A stretch of DNA of 20,000 bases from Williamsia sp. 1138 (lineage in GTDB: Bacteria > Actinomycetota > Actinomycetes > Mycobacteriales > Mycobacteriaceae). The stretch is from NCBI RefSeq assembly GCF_002095435.2, contig NZ_MJEJ02000028.1, positions 14,522 to 34,521 of the forward strand, given 5' to 3'. Below the pieces are notes generated by a model. That model was not told the DNA's origin. It saw only the letters and a program-made list of their open reading frames with translations, and made no database searches. The translations under genes and the position numbers were made by a program. Below are positions 15,309-20,000 of this stretch, piece by piece (the stretch's first letter is position 1; each line of letters begins with the position of its first letter).

Positions 15309-15324
15309 CTAGAACATGTTCTAG
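15309..15324. promoter_or_regulatory. Perfect 16-bp palindrome CTAGAACATGTTCTAG: a KstR-type (TetR-family) operator match
   Basis: The inner 14 nt, TAGAACATGTTCTA, fit the KstR motif TnnAACnnGTTnnA. They differ at one central base from the published consensus TAGAACACGTTCTA. The site lies 4 nt upstream of the GGGAG SD and 15 nt upstream of the SDR ATG. Confidence 0.65.
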
Positions 15325-15375
15325 TTTCTACGATAGCGTGCCGACCCGAAGGGCGAGCCGGATATACGAAGACGA

Positions 15376-15391
15376 GCCGCCTGTCGGCGGC
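15376..15391 (-). terminator. Candidate terminator hairpin downstream of gpgS
   Basis: GCCGCC-TGTC-GGCGGC (6-bp GC stem, 4-nt loop), 30 nt past the gpgS stop. On the minus strand it is followed by TCGTCTTCGTATAT, which is only moderately U-rich. Confidence 0.35.
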
Positions 15392-15420
15392 CCGTCGTCG
15401 TAGAAGTGGATCGTGTGGAG

Positions 15421-16437
15421 CTAGGAAGCGCGGCGGCTGCGCTCAGCGACCGTGGGCCGCAGGGTGTTCATCGCCGGCCGATCGGTGAGATACACGTCGG
15501 TGGTCTTCGGTGAGAAGGTGCCGTCCGGCTGGATCTTGAACTGGGTCAGTCCGACGCCCGAGTCCTCGATGCCGCACCTGCCCATCAGGGTTCCGACGAT
15601 CTGCCTGCTCATCACACCGAGCTCCACCAGAGGGCGGTTTCGGTGTGTCCGCACCCCCAGGTTGACCTGGCCGATGCCGGCCATGCCATAGCGGTCGTAT
15701 GTGTCGACCAGCAGGCCGATCTCCACCCCGTACCCGGGAGCGAACGGCACCGCGCACAGCAACTCCCGCGTTCCCGCGTATTCGCCCCCCAATGGCTGGA
15801 GCACCGCGGTGAGGTCGGGCTTGAACGACGCCAGCAGCGGTCGGGCGACGAGCTCGGTGACCCTGCCTCCCCCGTTCGCGTCTTCCGTCTGCCCGGTCCG
15901 AAGCGGCCGACGATAGAAGCCCTTGACCAGCTGGATCTCTTCGTTGATGAGAAGCGGGCCGAGAAGTTTGGGAACGAACATCGGATCCGGATCTATCAGG
16001 TCGGAGTCGACGAACGCGATCAGGTCGCCGGTGGTGGCCGCGAGCGAGCGCCAGAGCACTTCGCCCTTGCCTCGCACCGGCTCGATCTCGGGTACGGCTT
16101 CCTCACGGGTGATGACCTGAGCGCCCGCCGCGATGGCGCGTTCGGCGGTGGCATCGGTGGAGCCGGAGTCGAGCACGATCAACTCGTCGACAAGGGTGCC
16201 GAGGAGCGGACGGATCGACGCGATGACGTCGGCCACGGTCTCTTCTTCGTTGAGTGCGGGCAACACCACCGACACGGTGCGGCCGTTCTTCGCCGCGACG
16301 AGCTCGTCGACGGTCCAGTCGGGGCGATCCCAACTGTGATCGGCCGCCCACATGGATTGAGGCGAATTCTCGGGTGCAGACGCAATCGGCGTCCAGGCAC
16401 GGTCGGACTTTCCAGTGACTTGCTTCCCAGCGGTCAT
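15421..16437 (-). CDS. gpgS: Glucosyl-3-phosphoglycerate synthase (GT81)
   Basis: TVSVVLPALNEEETVADVI...LDSGSTDAT...GKGEVLWRSLAAT.GDLIAFVDSDL...GGRVTELVARPLL...PLGGEYAGTRELL...FAPGYGVEIGLLVDT...HRNRPL is collinear with Rv1208. The track ORF (to 16662) is over-extended. The ATG at 16437 has AAGGGG 6 nt upstream and forms an ATGA overlap with the folP2 stop. Confidence 0.93.
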   Translation of the reverse strand: MTAGKQVTGKSDRAWTPIASAPENSPQSMWAADHSWDRPDWTVDELVAAKNGRTVSVVLPALNEEETVADVIASIRPLLGTLVDELIVLDSGSTDATAERAIAAGAQVITREEAVPEIEPVRGKGEVLWRSLAATTGDLIAFVDSDLIDPDPMFVPKLLGPLLINEEIQLVKGFYRRPLRTGQTEDANGGGRVTELVARPLLASFKPDLTAVLQPLGGEYAGTRELLCAVPFAPGYGVEIGLLVDTYDRYGMAGIGQVNLGVRTHRNRPLVELGVMSRQIVGTLMGRCGIEDSGVGLTQFKIQPDGTFSPKTTDVYLTDRPAMNTLRPTVAERSRRAS

Positions 16438-17333
16438 GCCAAACCCCTTACTGTTCGGGTGGGTGGTCTGGTTCCGTTCACTGCGGCAACCATATCGACC
16501 ACCCTTCGAGTGGCGGCAACCTCGTGTACGCGAAACACGCGAGCCCCGGCGGAGGCGGCAAGTGCGGTCGCGGCGAGAGTCCCCTCCAGCCGATCTTCCA
16601 GGCCTACACCCAGAGTCTCCCCTACAAAATCCTTGTTGCTGAGCGCCATCAGCACTGGCCAACCGGTATTAACCAGAACGTTCACGTGGCGTAACAATGC
16701 GAGCCCGTGATGAGTGTTCTTCCCGAAATCATGAGTGGGATCGATGACGATCGAATCCTCGCGCACACCGCTGGCCAACGCGTGATCGGCAGCACGGGTG
16801 AGTTCGGTGTGCACATCCGCGACCACGTCCGGGTACCGCACCCGGTGTGGGCGGGTGCGGGGGACGGCCCCACCGGTATGCGAGCAGACGATGCCCGCCG
16901 ACATCTCGGCGGCCACGGCCACCAACTCTGGATCGGCACCCGACCAGGTGTCGTTGATCAGGTCGGCGCCGGCCGCGACGGTCGCACGGGCCACCTCGGC
17001 GCGCCAGGTGTCGATGCTGATGATCAGATCGGGATGTCTGCCCCGGATCCACTCGATCATCGGCAGCACCCGGCGGGTCTCCTCGGCGGCGTCGACGTCG
17101 GCGCCGGGCCCGGCCTTCACCCCACCGATGTCGACGATGTCCGCGCCTTCGGCCACCACCTGGTCCACCCGCGATTTCGCTGCGTCGTCGGTGAAGCTCG
17201 ATCCGCGATCGTAGAAGGAGTCCGGGGTGCGATTGACGATGGCCATGACCAGGGCACGGTCGGTGGCGACGGGACGGCCACACAGGGTCGCCGAGACGGA
17301 CGGTCCGGCGGGGCTGCGCTGGGGCAGCGTCAT
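16434..17333 (-). CDS. folP2: Dihydropteroate synthase paralogue (FolP2 type)
   Basis: TLCGRPVATDRALVMAIVNRTPDSFYDRG...ADIVDIGGVKAGPG...INDTWSG...GKNTHHGLALLRH...MALSNKDFVGETLG...FRVHEVAATRRV...TRTVRGLA is collinear with Rv1207, including its C-terminus. The track ORF (to 17888) runs into fadD6 and is over-extended. I use the ATG at 17333. Confidence 0.9.
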   Translation of the reverse strand: MTLPQRSPAGPSVSATLCGRPVATDRALVMAIVNRTPDSFYDRGSSFTDDAAKSRVDQVVAEGADIVDIGGVKAGPGADVDAAEETRRVLPMIEWIRGRHPDLIISIDTWRAEVARATVAAGADLINDTWSGADPELVAVAAEMSAGIVCSHTGGAVPRTRPHRVRYPDVVADVHTELTRAADHALASGVREDSIVIDPTHDFGKNTHHGLALLRHVNVLVNTGWPVLMALSNKDFVGETLGVGLEDRLEGTLAATALAASAGARVFRVHEVAATRRVVDMVAAVNGTRPPTRTVRGLA

Positions 17334-17346
17334 GTGAGCCGGGCCC

Positions 17347-19125
17347 CTATCCGCGGGGGACCTTCGCCGCGGCGACATCCTGTGGATAGTCGTCGTAGAA
17401 CTCGACATATCCGTCGGCGCTGCCCTTGAGAACGTAGAGCTTGTCGTCTCCGACGTCGTCGAAACCCTCGTCGCGCAACTCGACCTTGCGATTCTTGAAC
17501 GTCGAGGTCTGCTCGAGCTCGGAAACCACCCGGACGAACAGCGGCACCGCGTACGCCGGGAGCGAGTCGTAGAGCTGCTTGCCGAGCGCTTTCGGGTCCA
17601 GCTCCTGGCCGTCGCGCAGGGTGACCGCTGCCATTCCGGCCTTGCCGTCGGTATCGGGCACCTCGACGCCGTAGACGACGCAGTGATCGATCGCGTCGAC
17701 GCCGCCGAGTTCGGCTTCCACCTCCGTGGTGGCGACGTTCTCGCCCTTCCACCGAAATGTGTCCCCGAGCCGATCGACGAACGCGATGTGGTGCATCCCG
17801 AGATCCCGGACCAGATCACCCGAGTTGAACCAGCGGTCCCCGGACTTGAACGCATCCTTGATGATCTTCTTGTTCGAGGCCTCTTCATCGGTGTATCCGT
17901 CGAACGGGACGCGATCGGAGATCTCTGAGATCAGCAGTCCGGAGCCACCTTTCGGTACCGTCGTCAATCTGCCCTTCTCGTTGCGCTCGGGTTCACCGGT
18001 CTCGGCGTCGTATTCGACGATCTTGAACGGAAGCGGACAGAACCCTGCCGTCTTCGTGAGGTTGAAGACGTTGATGAAGGCTAGGTTCAGTTCGGAGGCC
18101 CCGTAGAACTCGACCACCCGCTCGATGCCGAAACGCTTGGTGAAGTCGTCCCAGATCTCCGAGCGCATGCCGTTGCCGACGATGATGTTCACACCGTGGC
18201 TGCGGTCGGTGGATTTCTCGGGCTGCGCCAAGAGGTACCGGCACAACTCCCCGATGTAACAGAACGCGGTGGCCCGGTTGAGGATGATGTCGTCCCAGAA
18301 CTTCGAGGCCGAGAACGACTTGCCGATCGCCAGGCATGCGCCCGAGGCGAGCACCGACGACAGCGCGACCGTCAGCGCATTGTTGTGGTAGAGCGGCAGG
18401 GCGGAATACATGGTGTCGCTGTGCCGCAACCGCACACCCATACCGCCGATGCCGTCCATGCTCGTCATCCACCGGTAGTGGGACATGATGCTGGCTTTGG
18501 GCATTCCGGTGGTGCCCGAGGTGAAGATGTAGAACGCCTTGGTGGATGCCGGCAGGCCTGCGGTCACCGACGGATTCTCTTCACTCAGCCCCTCGGACGC
18601 ATCCTCGAGTTCTGCGAAATCAACCGTGACGTCGGGGGCTTCGGCCCTGTCGATGGAATCGAGGGCTTCCTTGGCATCCGGGTCCACCACGAGCACGGTT
18701 GCGTCGAGGATGCCGAGGCTGTGGCTCAGCACCTGGCCGCGCTGGTTGTAATTGAGCATCCCCGCGATCGCACCGAGCTTGACCGTGGCGAGCATGACGA
18801 GCAGGGTCTGGGGCTTGTTCTTGGCGAGCACGCCGACGACATCACCGACGCCGACCCCGTTCTTGCTGAAGAACGCGGCATACCGATTGATCTGCCGATT
18901 GGCCTCGCCATAGGTGATCGACTTGCCCTCGAAGCGGAGGAAAGGACGTTCGGGGTGCTTGGCGACGAGGCCGTCGAACACCGAGCCGATCGTGGCCTCG
19001 GCTTTCGGGCGACGCAGGATCAGTCCGGGCGCGTGCCGAATGACCCCCGGAAGGTCCGGAACCATGCCCAGGGCGCCTTTGGCGACGTCGAGAAGTCCAA
19101 CACTGTTCCGGGTTTCGTTCGCCAC
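17347..19125 (-). CDS. fadD6: Long/very-long-chain fatty-acyl-CoA synthetase (FATP-type, FadD6-like)
   Basis: AMP-binding motif YIFTSGTTGMPKAS; also LPLYHNNAL, FRWKGENVATTEVE, and C-terminal FKNRKVELR, collinear with Rv1206. Three candidate starts: ATG 19227 (track), GTG 19155, GTG 19125. I prefer 19125 for three reasons. It has GGAG 5 nt upstream. Third-position GC rises only from about this codon. The resulting length matches Rv1206. Confidence 0.9.
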   Translation of the reverse strand: MANETRNSVGLLDVAKGALGMVPDLPGVIRHAPGLILRRPKAEATIGSVFDGLVAKHPERPFLRFEGKSITYGEANRQINRYAAFFSKNGVGVGDVVGVLAKNKPQTLLVMLATVKLGAIAGMLNYNQRGQVLSHSLGILDATVLVVDPDAKEALDSIDRAEAPDVTVDFAELEDASEGLSEENPSVTAGLPASTKAFYIFTSGTTGMPKASIMSHYRWMTSMDGIGGMGVRLRHSDTMYSALPLYHNNALTVALSSVLASGACLAIGKSFSASKFWDDIILNRATAFCYIGELCRYLLAQPEKSTDRSHGVNIIVGNGMRSEIWDDFTKRFGIERVVEFYGASELNLAFINVFNLTKTAGFCPLPFKIVEYDAETGEPERNEKGRLTTVPKGGSGLLISEISDRVPFDGYTDEEASNKKIIKDAFKSGDRWFNSGDLVRDLGMHHIAFVDRLGDTFRWKGENVATTEVEAELGGVDAIDHCVVYGVEVPDTDGKAGMAAVTLRDGQELDPKALGKQLYDSLPAYAVPLFVRVVSELEQTSTFKNRKVELRDEGFDDVGDDKLYVLKGSADGYVEFYDDYPQDVAAAKVPRG

Positions 19126-19227
19126 GTAAGCTCCGATGCTTGTGAGTTGTGCCACGGTTAAATTTAGTCGAACTCCGCCCCGGTCAACCTCGCCCCGTCG
19201 CGGTCGCGTTGAAGAGGTTACCGACAT

Positions 19228-19767
19228 TCACAGATAAATACCGCACCCTGCCAGTGCATCGGGCACCGTACGCGTCACGAGCAACCGGGCGAGCGCCGAT
19301 CGCGACACGAAACCGGTGCCTGCGAGAGTGTCCAACCACTGCAGCAGTGGCTCATAGTGCCCGTCCGGGTCGAGCAGCACGACCGGTTTGTCATGCATGC
19401 CCAGATACCCGGCGGTCCACGTCTCAAACAGTTCTTCCAGGGTGCCGATCCCTCCAGGAAGGGTGATGAAGGCATCCGCGCGGTCGTCCATCTGCTGTTT
19501 GCGTTCCCGCATGGTGTCGGTGACCACCAGCTCGTCCGCATCGACGTCGGCGACTTCCCTGTGTACCAGCGCCTTTGGGATGATCCCGACCGTCTGCCCA
19601 CCGGCTTTTCGGGTTGCGGCCGCGATCGCGCCCATCATCGAGACGTTTCCCCCACCGGAGACCAGGGAGTGGCCCGCGGCCCCGATGGCGGTGCCGAGTT
19701 CGGTGGCCAGTGCGAGGTGGTGGTCGGCCACCGGGCCGGACGCGCAGTAGACACAGATCGCAGTCAT
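19228..19767 (-). CDS. LOG-family (TIGR00730) nucleotide 5'-monophosphate phosphoribohydrolase, Rv1205-like
   Basis: MTAICVYCASG...LVSGGGNVSMMGAIA...MRERKQQM...AFITLPGGIGTLEELFETWT (PGGxGTxxE). The track ORF is over-extended. The ATG at 19767 forms an ATGA overlap with the stop of the upstream LOG-like gene. Confidence 0.88.
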   Translation of the reverse strand: MTAICVYCASGPVADHHLALATELGTAIGAAGHSLVSGGGNVSMMGAIAAATRKAGGQTVGIIPKALVHREVADVDADELVVTDTMRERKQQMDDRADAFITLPGGIGTLEELFETWTAGYLGMHDKPVVLLDPDGHYEPLLQWLDTLAGTGFVSRSALARLLVTRTVPDALAGCGIYL

Positions 19768-20000
19768 CGCAGGCCCTCCCCCTCTTGTCGCTGTCGTGAC
19801 TGACCGATGATCGTCACCGCGTCGGCGACCGAATCGGTCACCTGTAGCAATTCGACGTCGGCGGGTGAGACGAAACCCTGCTCGACGAGGGTGCCGCGGA
19901 CCCAATCGAGCAGTGGACCCCAGAACTGCGTGCCCAGCAGGACGATCGGGAACTGGGTGACTTTTCGGGTCTGCACCAGCGTCAATGCCTCGAACAACTC
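19764..20000 (-). CDS. Second LOG/TIGR00730-family protein, C-terminal part only (the 5' end lies beyond the window end)
   Basis: ...ELFEALTLVQTRKVTQFPIVLLGTQFWGPLLDWVRGTLVEQGFVSPADVELLQVTDS is the segment that follows PGGxGTxxE in LOG-family proteins. The reading frame is open to the window edge. Confidence 0.8.
   Translation of the reverse strand, partial: ELFEALTLVQTRKVTQFPIVLLGTQFWGPLLDWVRGTLVEQGFVSPADVELLQVTDSVADAVTIIGQSRQRQEGEGLR

Noticed and set aside
16438-16662. 75-codon N-terminal extension of gpgS. Likewise 17334..17888 for folP2, 19768..19905 for LOG, 10937..10984 for glgA, 6231..6362 for fbiA and 3323..3400 for the PAP2 gene.
   Set aside because: The extensions overlap the upstream gene's coding sequence or low-GC3 spacer and are Arg/Gly-rich junk. 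They are absent from the M. tuberculosis orthologues. Internal starts have proper SDs or ATGA/GTGA coupling.
1-20000. Genomic island, prophage, defence system or biosynthetic gene cluster
   Set aside because: There are no integrase, transposase, tRNA, or toxin/nuclease/ATPase defence-type genes, and no PKS/NRPS. Composition is uniform apart from short regulatory spacers. Gene content is conserved actinobacterial core. The only accessory-looking insertions are the PAP2 gene, the NUDIX gene and the SDR/ADC pair, which are reported separately.

Overview
High-GC actinobacterial chromosome, of the Mycobacteriales type (Rhodococcus/Gordonia/Nocardia/Mycobacterium-like). The window is densely coding, with about 24 CDS. 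I found no tRNA or rRNA genes, no transposase or integrase, and no CRISPR array.

Gene order fuses two blocks that lie apart in M. tuberculosis.
- Block 1 (1-9302) resembles Rv3255c-Rv3262: manA, an SIS-like Rv3256c homologue, pmmA/manB, an extra PAP2-type membrane protein, a DUF3499 protein, an Rv3259-like protein, whiB2, fbiA and fbiB, followed by a translationally coupled NUDIX gene.
- Block 2 (9614-20000) resembles Rv1213-Rv1205: glgC, the divergent glgA/glgM, an RlmA-like methyltransferase, a 57-aa DUF3117 gene missing from the ORF track, a DivIVA-domain membrane protein, an SDR + acetoacetate-decarboxylase-like pair, gpgS, folP2, fadD6 and two tandem LOG-family genes.

Many track ORFs are over-extended at the 5' end or are antisense shadows typical of high-GC DNA. 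I re-called several starts from homology, SD sequences and third-position GC.

I see no convincing new multi-gene system; this is mostly conserved core. The observations most worth following up are:
1. A 21-bp x5 tandem array with nested inverted repeats, in the 311-nt spacer at the junction of the two blocks. It has an in-frame heptad-repeat reading on the minus strand.
2. A perfect 16-bp palindrome matching the KstR operator consensus, directly upstream of the SDR/ADC-like pair.
3. A NUDIX hydrolase fused by a GTGA overlap onto the fbiA-fbiB F420 operon.
4. A PAP2_3/IPC-synthase-like membrane protein next to the mannose-activation genes.
5. The lower-GC, palindrome-rich region of about 360 nt upstream of whiB2.
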